This document shows, one piece after another, positions 20,044-29,569 of a stretch of DNA of 60,541 nt. Position 1 is the stretch's first letter. Each line of letters begins with the position of its first letter. The notes under the pieces were generated by a model, which worked only from the letters and a program-made list of their open reading frames with translations, had not been told where the DNA came from and ran no database searches. Position numbers and translations under genes: made by a program. Origin of the DNA: an uncultured Chlorobiales bacterium (GTDB taxonomy: Bacteria > Bacteroidota > Chlorobiia > Chlorobiales > Thermochlorobacteraceae); assembly GCA_938003965.1 (NCBI GenBank), contig CALKXI010000053.1:1-60541 (forward strand), given 5' to 3'.

Positions 20044-20430
20044 ATGACCGAACCGAAAAATGTGCTGGGCGGCAAATTGGAATGCTGCTGCACCAACCCC
20101 ATGACAGGCTTCTTCCGAGATGGCTTCTGCCGCACCGACGAACACGACCATGGGCGACATGTCGTTTGCGCCATCGTTACCGATGAGTTTCTCAAATTTT
20201 CGCGTGCGATGGGAAATGACCTTATCACACCGCGCCCTGAATACCGATTTCCCGGACTCAAACACGGTGACAAGTGGTGCTTGTGTGCCATTCGTTGGAA
20301 AGAAGCCTTTGACGCTGGCGTTGCGCCGAAAGTGCTTTTGAAATCAACGCACGAGGCGGCACTTCGCTATGTCTCGCTCAAAGCCTTGCAACTGCACGCG
20401 CTCGATGCAGAAGAAACAAAAAGCGAATAG
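20044..20430 (+). CDS. DUF2237-family protein
   Basis: Start moved to ATG 20044 (MTEPKNVLGG...). GGKLECCCTNPMTGFFRDGFC...HGRHVVC...GDKWCLC is the DUF2237 Cys pattern. The track ORF starts at 19861, overlapping the GNAT gene. Confidence 0.7.
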   Translation: MTEPKNVLGGKLECCCTNPMTGFFRDGFCRTDEHDHGRHVVCAIVTDEFLKFSRAMGNDLITPRPEYRFPGLKHGDKWCLCAIRWKEAFDAGVAPKVLLKSTHEAALRYVSLKALQLHALDAEETKSE

Positions 20431-20432
20431 GC

Positions 20433-21728
20433 TTAAACGCCTTCGCGCGATTGTAGTCGCACGCGAATGGCTTCGGCATGGGCTTGCAAGTGTTCCGCGT
20501 CGGCAAAGTAGGCAATGTCGTTTCCGCTTTTCATCAATCGCGCTTTGGTGTATGAAATAATCGAAGTGCGTTTGAGAAAATCTTTTGTCGAGAGCGGCGA
20601 GAAAAATCGCGCTGTGCCGCTTGTGGGCAAGGTGTGATTTGGTCCAGCAAAGTAATCGCCGACAGGTTCAGAAGAATACGCACCCAAAAAAATCGCGCCC
20701 GCATGGTTCAACTTCGGCAAGAGTTCAAACGGGTTTCTCGTTTGCACTTCCAAATGCTCAGGCGCAAGGCGATTGGCAACCTCACATGCTTCATCTAAGT
20801 CGCGTGTGAGAATAATGGCAGAGTGATTGGAAATTGCGGATTCAATGATGGCTCTGCGCGGCAAACGCAAAAGGTGTTGGCGTGCTTCGACTTGAACACG
20901 CTCGGCTAAATCTTTTGAAGGCGTAATCAAAATGGCGGAAGCCATTTCATCGTGTTCGGCTTGTGAAAAGAGGTCAAGCGTAATGAAGGTGGGATTCGCG
21001 CCTTCATCAGCAATCACGGCGATTTCGCTCGGTCCTGCAATGCTATCAATCGCGACATCGCCAAACGCCAGCCGCTTCGCCATTGCGACATATTGATTTC
21101 CTGGACCTGTAATTTTATCGACCTTCGGACAAGATTGTGTTCCGAAAGCAAAGGCGGCAATCGCCTGCGCGCCGCCAAGTTTGAAGATGTTTGTAAGCCC
21201 AACGACTTGCGCCGCAAGCAAAATGTTCGGGTGAATGTTCCCTTCTTTGTTGCATGGCGAAGTGAGATACATTTCCGAAACGCCCGCCACTTTTGCAGGA
21301 ATGGCGTTCATCAGAACGGAAGAAGGATAAACGGCTTTGCCGCCGGGCACATAAAAGAGGGCGCGCTCAATCGGCGTAACTTTCTGACCGATTAGCACGC
21401 CGTCGCCATCTTCATAAAAAAAACTTCTATCCAACTCGTGTTGATGAAAGCGCGTGATGTTTGCCGCCGCTTGTTCTAAAATGCGGAGCAAATTTTTATC
21501 CGCGTTCTTGAAAGCGTCATTGAGTTCGTCTTGCGAGACGCGAAACGACGAAAGTCTTGCGCCATCGAATTGTTCGGTATATCGCCGCACAGCGTCGTCG
21601 CCGTTTGCTTTCACATCGGCGAAGATGGCTTTGACGGCGGCTTCCACTGAAGCATCACTCGAGTGGCGACGAAGAAGAAAGGATTTAAGAAATTCAGGGT
21701 CTTGCTTGTAGTCGATAACTTTGAACAC
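20433..21728 (-). CDS. hisD: histidinol dehydrogenase
   Basis: 431 aa. GGAQAIAAFAFGT, AGPSEIAVIAD, FSQAEHDE, GDYFAGPNHTLPT. Confidence 0.9.
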   Translation of the reverse strand: MFKVIDYKQDPEFLKSFLLRRHSSDASVEAAVKAIFADVKANGDDAVRRYTEQFDGARLSSFRVSQDELNDAFKNADKNLLRILEQAAANITRFHQHELDRSFFYEDGDGVLIGQKVTPIERALFYVPGGKAVYPSSVLMNAIPAKVAGVSEMYLTSPCNKEGNIHPNILLAAQVVGLTNIFKLGGAQAIAAFAFGTQSCPKVDKITGPGNQYVAMAKRLAFGDVAIDSIAGPSEIAVIADEGANPTFITLDLFSQAEHDEMASAILITPSKDLAERVQVEARQHLLRLPRRAIIESAISNHSAIILTRDLDEACEVANRLAPEHLEVQTRNPFELLPKLNHAGAIFLGAYSSEPVGDYFAGPNHTLPTSGTARFFSPLSTKDFLKRTSIISYTKARLMKSGNDIAYFADAEHLQAHAEAIRVRLQSREGV

Positions 21729-21844
21729 GGACGAAAGTTTGAACTAATTTTGAAATGCGAAGAAGGTAATGAAACAATCGAAAAAAACTCGCGTTTCCCG
21801 AATGTATCACGCAACGCCTTTTCAATAAAAATTCGTTTCACACC

Positions 21845-22546
21845 GTGAATGCACAATTACTTTCCGGGAGACTTTGGGTTGGGATTCTTTTTATCTTTGC
21901 GGGAATTTTCGTCTTTTTAGACCAGCTTCATGTCATTAACCTTTGGCAACTTTTTTCTACGTGGTGGCCGCTTTTGCTTGTCGGTGTTGGGCTAACGAAA
22001 TTGATTGCGCGTAGCGGCTCGCCCGTTGTCGCAATTCTTCTGCTCTCTCTTGGCGCGATTCTTCAACTGCAACGCTTGCAACTTCTCGATATCGACCTTG
22101 TTTCGCTGATTCTTCCGCTCGCGCTTATCTTCGGAGGTGCCGCTATTCTTCTGTCAAAAACGAAACAAATCGGGACGGCTTCAACGGATAGGCTAAATCA
22201 TTTTGCCGTTTTAGGAGGCTCGACGCAGCGCATTTCATCAAGCAATTTTCAGGGAGGAAGTGTAACAGCGGTGATGGGCGGCGTTGAACTGGATTTGCGC
22301 GACGCGATGTTGCTTTCCACCGCGACGCTTGAAGTAACGGCAGTCATGGGCGGCGTTGAAGTGCGCGTGCCCGCCGATTGGCAAGTTGAAGTTTCAGGCA
22401 CACCTATTTTAGGCGGCATTGAAAATCGATTATCTGAAAACAAATTATCTGAAAACAAATTGGCGACTGTCTCTGCACCGCCTGACGCACCGACACTTTT
22501 CATCAGCGCAACCGCCGTGCTTGGCGGAATTGAAATTCACACTTAA
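21845..22546 (+). CDS. membrane protein with LiaF-like (DUF2154) C-terminal domain
   Basis: 233 aa with a GTG start. Four or five N-terminal TM helices, then repeated GGVELDLRDA / GGVEVRVP / LGGIE strands as in LiaF-type proteins. Confidence 0.6.
   Translation: MNAQLLSGRLWVGILFIFAGIFVFLDQLHVINLWQLFSTWWPLLLVGVGLTKLIARSGSPVVAILLLSLGAILQLQRLQLLDIDLVSLILPLALIFGGAAILLSKTKQIGTASTDRLNHFAVLGGSTQRISSSNFQGGSVTAVMGGVELDLRDAMLLSTATLEVTAVMGGVEVRVPADWQVEVSGTPILGGIENRLSENKLSENKLATVSAPPDAPTLFISATAVLGGIEIHT
22430..22459 (+). repeat. perfect 15-bp tandem duplication (2 copies) inside the LiaF-like CDS
   Basis: TTATCTGAAAACAAA occurs at 22430-22444 and again at 22445-22459. It is in frame and encodes LSENK-LSENK. 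Confidence 0.95.
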
Positions 22547-22595
22547 TCTTGTGAGTTTAATTGTTTGAATTATCAACGCTCAACGCACCTTAATT

Positions 22596-24644
22596 GTGAA
22601 GCACGCGCTTACTGCACTCCTTTGGCTTCTTTCTTCCGCAACATTTGCTCAAACACCTTCAACAGAATTTTTCAAGGGTGATTTCGTCGAGATAAAACGC
22701 CTTGCCGATGAGCGCAACGCGCCCGCACTCGTTCAAGCCTTTGGCAAAAGCGATGCCCTTGACGAAACGATTTTAATTTCGCTCGGCAGCGTTCAAGACG
22801 ACAATGCGGCTGAAGCGATTGCCGAAAAACTGGGCGCAACATCGGAGAAAGTGCGCCTTGCGGCATGCTTTGCGTTAGGGCAAACTTTGCGCGATTCGCC
22901 GAAAGCCTCTCGCTTTGAACGTGTTGTGATTGAACGCATCGCGAAGGAAAAGAACCTGCGCGTGAAATCGGCGTTGATTGTGTCGTTGGGCGTATTCGGA
23001 ACACGCGCTGCATTGGACGAAGTGACGCGATTTTCTTTCACAGAACCAGCACTGCAAGAAGCGCAAGCCGAAGCGATTGCCCGCTTTGCGATTCGTCAAA
23101 TGTTTTCTACCGGTGCAGTGCAAACGCTTGCGAAGATATACAAGCCAAAGCGGCAAGGATTGAATTGGTGCATTTATGCAATGTCTCGTGTGCCTGATGG
23201 CGCGTTGCTTGCAGGGCAAGTGCCGTTGCTCCGTCGTGCGGCAGAATCTCGGAATGCAGATGAGCGAATGTTTGCCGTGCTGGCGTTGAGCCGCGTGCGC
23301 TCGCCTGAAAGTTTTGATGCGATTGTGGCGCGTTTGCGCGATGAAGATTGGCGCGTCAGTGTGAATGCCATTCGCGCCTTGCAAGGCTTTACAGCGATAG
23401 ACGCGCCGACGCAAGAAAAAGTCATCACAGAATTGCTACTGCTTCTTTCCTCGCCGAACTATCACATCGCACGCACATCTTTGGAAACGCTTGCGCGCAT
23501 TAAATACTTCAACCCAACCGATTCCGAGCGACGCATTGCGCCGACGATTGGAAATCAACTACGCGCAACCTCGCCCGACCTCTCCGCAACCGCTATGCGC
23601 GCCCTCGCCCAAGCCTTTCCAACAACTGCCCTCTCTTACCTTTACGACCTGAAAGCAAAGGGCGACACTTCGCTTGCTCTGTTAGAAGCCATCGGATTGA
23701 TTGCCGAGCGCGAGCGCGTGATTCGCGAAGACTTGTTACATCTCTTGTTGGAAATACTTTCGCAGAGAAATTCCAAACGGGCAACCGCCGCAACCGAATC
23801 GCTCGTTAAACTTTGGAAACTTTCCCCAAGCGATGAACGCTTTGAGAAGTCGCTTCTTTCTGCCCTGAAATTCCACAGCGATTTAGGCAACAGTTCTGCT
23901 GTGCAGGCGATTGCGTCGGCACTTTCCGATTCGCTCTTTTTCAAACAAGAATACTCACAAGCACTTTTGAACGCGCTCGTTCACTTCAAATCGTCGGACA
24001 ACGCTGAAACCGTCATCGCTCTGCTTGATGCGCTTAAAGCAAGCAAAGAGCCATCGCTGGTGTCCAAAGTTGAACCCTATTTGAGCGATGAAAACAACGC
24101 CGTACGGCTAATGGCGGCACAAGTCATAGAGAAATTGACAGGCACACGCCCGCAAGTTTTACGAAATGACACGCCCAAGCCGCCTTACAACTTAAACGCT
24201 TTTACGCACTTCAAGAAAAATCCGATAGCCGTTTTAACGACGCAATACGGTGAGGTTGAACTCGAACTGTTTTTGAACGAAACGCCTTTCACCGTGCTGA
24301 ACTTTGTTGCGCTTGCAGAACGCAAGTTTTTTGACGGGCTGACGTTTCATCGCGTTGTTTCAAATTTTGTGGTGCAAGGCGGTGACCCCAAAGGCGACGG
24401 CACAGGCGGCGCGGAGCACACAATTCGCTCGGAATTTTCGCCTCGAAGTTTTGAACGCGGAATGCTCGGCATGGCGTCGGCAGGAAAGGATACGGAAAGT
24501 TCACAGTGGTTTGTAATGCATGCCCATCAGCCGCATTTAGATGGGCGATATACGCTGTTCGGCAAGGTGTTGCGCGGAATGGCTGTAGTTGATAGGCTTG
24601 AACAAGGTGATGTGATGAGTGCCGTCCGCATCAAGATGAAGTGA
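22596..24644 (+). CDS. secreted HEAT-repeat protein fused to a cyclophilin-type peptidyl-prolyl isomerase
   Basis: 682 aa with a GTG start. Signal peptide MKHALTALLWLLSSATFAQ. About 520 aa of HEAT-like repeats (RVRSPES..., DEDWRVSVNAIRAL). C-terminal cyclophilin core FHRVVSNFVVQGGDPKGDGTGG...SQWFV. Confidence 0.8.
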   Translation: MKHALTALLWLLSSATFAQTPSTEFFKGDFVEIKRLADERNAPALVQAFGKSDALDETILISLGSVQDDNAAEAIAEKLGATSEKVRLAACFALGQTLRDSPKASRFERVVIERIAKEKNLRVKSALIVSLGVFGTRAALDEVTRFSFTEPALQEAQAEAIARFAIRQMFSTGAVQTLAKIYKPKRQGLNWCIYAMSRVPDGALLAGQVPLLRRAAESRNADERMFAVLALSRVRSPESFDAIVARLRDEDWRVSVNAIRALQGFTAIDAPTQEKVITELLLLLSSPNYHIARTSLETLARIKYFNPTDSERRIAPTIGNQLRATSPDLSATAMRALAQAFPTTALSYLYDLKAKGDTSLALLEAIGLIAERERVIREDLLHLLLEILSQRNSKRATAATESLVKLWKLSPSDERFEKSLLSALKFHSDLGNSSAVQAIASALSDSLFFKQEYSQALLNALVHFKSSDNAETVIALLDALKASKEPSLVSKVEPYLSDENNAVRLMAAQVIEKLTGTRPQVLRNDTPKPPYNLNAFTHFKKNPIAVLTTQYGEVELELFLNETPFTVLNFVALAERKFFDGLTFHRVVSNFVVQGGDPKGDGTGGAEHTIRSEFSPRSFERGMLGMASAGKDTESSQWFVMHAHQPHLDGRYTLFGKVLRGMAVVDRLEQGDVMSAVRIKMK

Positions 24645-24722
24645 AGGGAATCGTAGAGCGAAGCGTTTTTGCCTTGAACTCTTTTCTAGTTTAGAACGCA
24701 ATGCTAAAAAGCGTTGAGGAGT

Positions 24723-25781
24723 TCAATTTTTGCTGAAAAAACTTCCGCGTCGTTCTTTGGTGCGGCGTTCGACAATTTCTTCGGTAGGTTCAGATTTGCG
24801 TCGGTCTGGGTTCTGTCGTCGGTCTCTGACAACGCCTTTAATGATGTTGCCTTCTTTATCCGTAACGATAATAGGCTTTCCCCAAAGTTCAATCGTACGA
24901 TTTTTGCGCGCAACGGCAAGCAAGTTAGCACTTGGGCTAAACGCAATTCCGTAGAATTCACCTGAGACGCTATCCATTAACTTGCCTGTTTGTGCGTCCC
25001 AAAGATTTACGGTGCCTTCGTTTTCAATGCGGCTGTAGCTAGCCGAAACAACAGCATTTCCATTCGGCATCCATTCCAAGAATTCTACGCCGTTTTTGTG
25101 CCCATCGAGCGAGGTAATGCAAGTTCCTGTTGCCACGTCCCAAATTTTGATGGTTTTATCCCAACTCGTAGAAGCAAGTTTTGAACCATCTGGACTGAAC
25201 TTGACCACCGTTACATTATGCTCGTGACCGGCAAGTTGTTTGATTTTCGCTTGCGTAGTGGCGTTGAAAAGGTAAATCAGTTTATTTTGACACGCCGTGG
25301 CAACCATTTTGCCGTCAGGGCTAAAATTCGCCCAATTTACGCCGTCAGTGTGTCCGGAAAATGCGCCGATTCGTTTCCCATCAGTTGCATTCCACAGTTT
25401 GACCGTTTTATCGCTACTGGCAGACACAATCGTTTTGCCATCGGGGCTAAACTCGGCGTGGTTTACAGTTTGCTTGTGGGCTTTAATTGCGAAGAGCAGT
25501 TTCCCGTTTTTCACATCCCAAATGCGCACCATTTTGTCGCTACTTGCCGATACCAGCAAGGATTTATCAGGGCTGAACGCAACGGAATACACATACGTGC
25601 GTGCAGAACCAGCCATTAACATTTGAATCTCTTCGCCGCTGTGCGGGTCATGCACTAAAATTTTCCAACTAGCAGAAGCGAAGTACTCGCCATCAGCACT
25701 AAACACCATAGAATTGATGCGCAGAGAATGCCCTACTAACGTGTGCAAGCGGCTAACCGAGCCTTCTGAATTTTGCTGCAT
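24723..25781 (-). CDS. WD40-repeat protein with Arg-rich C-terminal tail
   Basis: Seven WD-type repeats (GH...SP DG...AS.D.T.K.W). ATG at 25781; the track uses TTG at 25814. The last about 36 aa are RDRRQNPDRRKSEPTEEIVERRTKERRGSFFSKN. Confidence 0.8.
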   Translation of the reverse strand: MQQNSEGSVSRLHTLVGHSLRINSMVFSADGEYFASASWKILVHDPHSGEEIQMLMAGSARTYVYSVAFSPDKSLLVSASSDKMVRIWDVKNGKLLFAIKAHKQTVNHAEFSPDGKTIVSASSDKTVKLWNATDGKRIGAFSGHTDGVNWANFSPDGKMVATACQNKLIYLFNATTQAKIKQLAGHEHNVTVVKFSPDGSKLASTSWDKTIKIWDVATGTCITSLDGHKNGVEFLEWMPNGNAVVSASYSRIENEGTVNLWDAQTGKLMDSVSGEFYGIAFSPSANLLAVARKNRTIELWGKPIIVTDKEGNIIKGVVRDRRQNPDRRKSEPTEEIVERRTKERRGSFFSKN

Positions 25782-26040
25782 GTTGTGTTTGCAAGATTTG
25801 TTTCTACCCTTCAAAGGGTAAGTTATGATATTTGTTGCGACTTACCAAGACGATTGTTATCAATGCGTTGCATTCTTTTCGTTCTACTTCTCTTGAACCT
25901 GTGAATTTGAACGCTCGCTTGCAGTAGCGATTTACGCTAATGTCAGATGTTTTCACTGTCTTGACGGATAACTCCAACGTAGGGCGTTTCGCTGTGCGCT
26001 CGCGCAGGTGGAGGTAAGTTGTAGGTTTCCAGACTTGCGG

Positions 26041-27042
26041 CTATCGATTCTCATACTTTGGGATTCGTGTCATCAAGTCCATGACGGCTTCTTTGGGGGG
26101 CTTGTGATTGAAGAGCACATCATAAATGCCTTGTGTGATAGGCATTTCCACATGGAGTTTGCGTGCGAGTTCGACGACGGCTTTGGTAGTATAAATGCCT
26201 TCGGTAACCATTTTGACTTCTTGAAGCACGTCGTCCAATGTTCTGCCTCTGCCGATTTGCTCACCGACGTAGCGATTACGGCTGTGCCTACTGCTGCAAG
26301 TAACCACCAAGTCGCCAATGCCTGCAAGCCCTGCAAAGGTCATAGGGTTTGCGCCGAGTTTGATTCCAAGTCGCGACAGTTCAGCGAGCCCTCTTGTGAT
26401 GAGTGCGGCTTTGGCGTTATCGCCGTAGCCGATGCCGTCGACAGCCCCAGCAGCAAGTGCCATAATGTTTTTCACCGAGCCTGCTACTTCCACGCCAATT
26501 AAATCTGTATTCACATACACACGAAACATGGGTGTGAAAAACGCTTCTTGGATTTTTTCAGCCGTTTGTTCATTGAGAGAAGAGGCAACAACAGCAGTTG
26601 GGTGTTTCTCGATAACTTCTTCGGCATGGCTCGGTCCGTAGAGTGCAGCAATTTGATGGTCGCCTAATTGAGGCAGCACATCTTTTGTAACTTCCGACAT
26701 TCGATAGCCGGTTGAAATCTCAATGCCTTTGGAAACATTAACAATAGTAACATCGGAGAGATTAAGCGGCGTAATTTTTTGCAAAGTTTCGCGCACTTTT
26801 TGCGCAGGCGTTGCAACCACGATGAGCTCTTTTCCGCTGACCGCGTCGAGAATATCGCTACTGACTGAAAGACTTTTGGGAAATGGTGCGTTGGGTAAAT
26901 ACTCTTTGTTTTCGCGCTCGCTGGCAAGTCGTGTTGCTTTTTCAGGATTATGCGACCACAGGACAACCCGATGTCCTTTTTCCGCCAGAAGAATTGCTAA
27001 GGTTGTGCCCCAACTTCCTGCGCCTAAAACCGTGATGTTCAT
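26041..27042 (-). CDS. gpsA: NAD(P)H-dependent glycerol-3-phosphate dehydrogenase
   Basis: 333 aa. [14 protein letters not shown] and the conserved GPSHAEEV and [10 protein letters not shown] blocks. Confidence 0.9.
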   Translation of the reverse strand: MNITVLGAGSWGTTLAILLAEKGHRVVLWSHNPEKATRLASERENKEYLPNAPFPKSLSVSSDILDAVSGKELIVVATPAQKVRETLQKITPLNLSDVTIVNVSKGIEISTGYRMSEVTKDVLPQLGDHQIAALYGPSHAEEVIEKHPTAVVASSLNEQTAEKIQEAFFTPMFRVYVNTDLIGVEVAGSVKNIMALAAGAVDGIGYGDNAKAALITRGLAELSRLGIKLGANPMTFAGLAGIGDLVVTCSSRHSRNRYVGEQIGRGRTLDDVLQEVKMVTEGIYTTKAVVELARKLHVEMPITQGIYDVLFNHKPPKEAVMDLMTRIPKYENR

Positions 27043-27758
27043 TGAGAAACGCTCGTTGATTTTTTGGCAAAGAGTCGATTTTCAGTTCCGTTGCGAAGCC
27101 GCTCAATGTTAGTGCGATGAGTGTAAATAATCACAAGGGAGATGAACACGCTAGTTATGATGGTGATGGTGTCGAGGCTATCGTGCAGGATGAATGCTGT
27201 GCTAAAGAGATGAATGGGATATTGTGCGTCAATTTCTCCGCCGAAAACGAAACGGCGAATTGCCATAATGGTCGGAATGCTGACCGCGCCCGTCATTGAT
27301 GAAACCGACACGTAGCGCGTTAAAAGAAGCGTGGTGAAAAACACAGCGACCACAAACGCCATCGTAATCGGCGCAATGCCAATGAGCACGCCCGCACCTG
27401 TGCTCACCCCTTTTCCGCCTTTGAAGTTGGCAAATACGGTGTAGATGTGCCCCAGCATAGCAGCAACGCCTGCAAGCAGTTGAAAGACAATGAACGGTAC
27501 GCTTGGCAAGGCATCAATCGGATTCTCTGTAAAATATCCAACAATTAAAGTAACCGGCAGAATACCTTTGAGCATATCGAAAAGCGTAACGAACAAGCCT
27601 GCTTGCCAACCTAAAACGCGAAACACATTTGTTCCGCCGGCATTGCCACTTCCATACTGACGAATGTCAATTCCCTTAACGGCTTTGCTGACGATGATGC
27701 TGATTGGAACTGCGCCAATAAGGTAGGAGCAAACCGTAATGAGCGCAAGTGTAATCAT
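27039..27758 (-). CDS. plsY: glycerol-3-phosphate acyltransferase PlsY
   Basis: 239 aa. [12 protein letters not shown] and FKGGKGV motifs, multi-TM. Overlaps the gpsA start by 4 nt. Confidence 0.85.
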   Translation of the reverse strand: MITLALITVCSYLIGAVPISIIVSKAVKGIDIRQYGSGNAGGTNVFRVLGWQAGLFVTLFDMLKGILPVTLIVGYFTENPIDALPSVPFIVFQLLAGVAAMLGHIYTVFANFKGGKGVSTGAGVLIGIAPITMAFVVAVFFTTLLLTRYVSVSSMTGAVSIPTIMAIRRFVFGGEIDAQYPIHLFSTAFILHDSLDTITIITSVFISLVIIYTHRTNIERLRNGTENRLFAKKSTSVSQ

Positions 27759-27915
27759 AGTTAAGTTGAAAGAGTATTTCTGCTACACAAGTGATGATAG
27801 TTCGGTATTTGGCGCGAATTTATTAAAATCCTTTCGCAAGGCAAGTTAGTTTGCCAAATTACAAAGAGATGTTATTTTCTTTGCAAATCAGCAACTAAGT
27901 CATCTGAGCATTGCA

Positions 27916-29373
27916 ATGCTATCAGTACTCAACGACGGTGGCGCGCGTTCTAAAATGCTTTTGGCGCGACTTGCCGAGCAACCGAAATCTCCCGCCATAA
28001 TTGGCGTTGCCGAAGTGCTCTGCGAGCAAGGGCGTTGTGGTGAAGCCATAACTCGCCTTCGCAGCGTTGCTGACCTTTACAGCGATGTTTATCGTTTCAA
28101 TCTTGTTCTAGCACGCGCCTGCCGCAGCGTTGGCGAGACAAAACTTGCCAAAGAGTATTATGAAAAAGCCTGCCAGATTGCACCACAAAATGAAGTCGCT
28201 CTTAAAGAATTGATTGCCTTGACAGCGTTTCCGCACGCATTGCCAAAGCCCTCGCCGCGTCCTGCCGAACCTACTATGGAGCGCGACTCACCTATGCCGC
28301 CACAAGCCCATGAACCAGAAGCACAAAGCACATTCAAGTTAGATAAGGAGAAACTTGCAAAGGTGTTGAGCGGTGTGATTGGAAGTAGAGAGAAGAGCGC
28401 CGAAACACCGATTGAACCTCAACAGCCTGCATTAAGCCCACCCAGTATCTCTTCGTCTGTGATTGAGGCGTTTCGCAAAGCAGATGCTCTCTTGGAGCAA
28501 GAACCTGATATTGACGCCCTTGCTCGTGAAGTTATGGGCAATGCGTTTTTGCCGCAAGCGCCGTTCAATGCCCCGCAGAGCGACTTATCAGATGAACCAC
28601 CAGCCGAAAATGCTTCGCCGACACATCCTGAACCTTCGCCGAAAGTCAATACACCGCCACCGCAAAGTTCCAAGACCGACATAGACACTGACGCGATTGC
28701 TCAACAGATGCAGGGAATGCACTCGTCTGAAAGTTCTTCACCATTAGATTCAATGGCAAGTTCAACCGTAAATTCAGAATTTACGTCAAACACCTCAGTG
28801 CATGCGTCATCAACACCTTTTGCACCCACCCCGATTCCGTTTGATGAACATGGCAAGCACAACGATGTGCCGCTTCCAATGCCAACCGCAGCAGACACAA
28901 GCAGCACGCCTGCACCTGCGTCGCTGGCCTCGACGCTGCAATCAGAGTCTCAACGCAGCCGCCCGCTTTCTTTTGAAGAAGAACTTATGGCAATACAGAC
29001 GCAAGGCGGAGATATTGACGCTTTTGCCCAACACCAAGAGACGTCGCACCACGACGAAACAGTTAGCGCCTCGACTCCGTCAAGCACCGAAGTCGACATT
29101 GACCAGCTTGCACGCGAAATCATGAACGCCCAACTGCCAAAGATAGTTGAAACGAACGACCCCACGCCGGTTGCCGAACAACGCCAGCCGTTTCCTGATG
29201 ACGATGAAATTAAAACTCCAACGCGGCAACTCGCCAAAATTTTTCAATCGCAAGGCGCTTACGCCAAAGCCATCAAGGTCTATGAAATGCTCGCCGAGCG
29301 CGAACCTGAAAACGCATCACTTTATAAAATCCTCATTAGCCATTTGCGCGACAAAATGTCCTCCCAAATGTAG
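27916..29373 (+). CDS. hypothetical protein, TPR-like ends flanking a Pro/Ser/acidic low-complexity core
   Basis: 485 aa. N- and C-terminal TPR-like helices. The core contains four D-I-D motifs (PDIDALAREVMGNAFLPQ, TDIDTDAIAQQMQGM, GDIDAFAQHQ, VDIDQLAREIMNAQLPK). Confidence 0.55.
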   Translation: MLSVLNDGGARSKMLLARLAEQPKSPAIIGVAEVLCEQGRCGEAITRLRSVADLYSDVYRFNLVLARACRSVGETKLAKEYYEKACQIAPQNEVALKELIALTAFPHALPKPSPRPAEPTMERDSPMPPQAHEPEAQSTFKLDKEKLAKVLSGVIGSREKSAETPIEPQQPALSPPSISSSVIEAFRKADALLEQEPDIDALAREVMGNAFLPQAPFNAPQSDLSDEPPAENASPTHPEPSPKVNTPPPQSSKTDIDTDAIAQQMQGMHSSESSSPLDSMASSTVNSEFTSNTSVHASSTPFAPTPIPFDEHGKHNDVPLPMPTAADTSSTPAPASLASTLQSESQRSRPLSFEEELMAIQTQGGDIDAFAQHQETSHHDETVSASTPSSTEVDIDQLAREIMNAQLPKIVETNDPTPVAEQRQPFPDDDEIKTPTRQLAKIFQSQGAYAKAIKVYEMLAEREPENASLYKILISHLRDKMSSQM

Positions 29374-29569
29374 ATGAACGCGCTCTTTTCTACTTTTACA
29401 AAATTTTACATTTCACTTCAATGCGTGCTGAAACACAGTGCACAAGTTTGTCGTTATGACTTCATTAGCACTATGCTTATTGCTTATTGGCAGTTGTTTC
29501 CAATTACATTGCCACCAATCAAACCACCTGAGTCTGGTTTGAAAAAACTGTTAACGCTTTCTTTCATCA

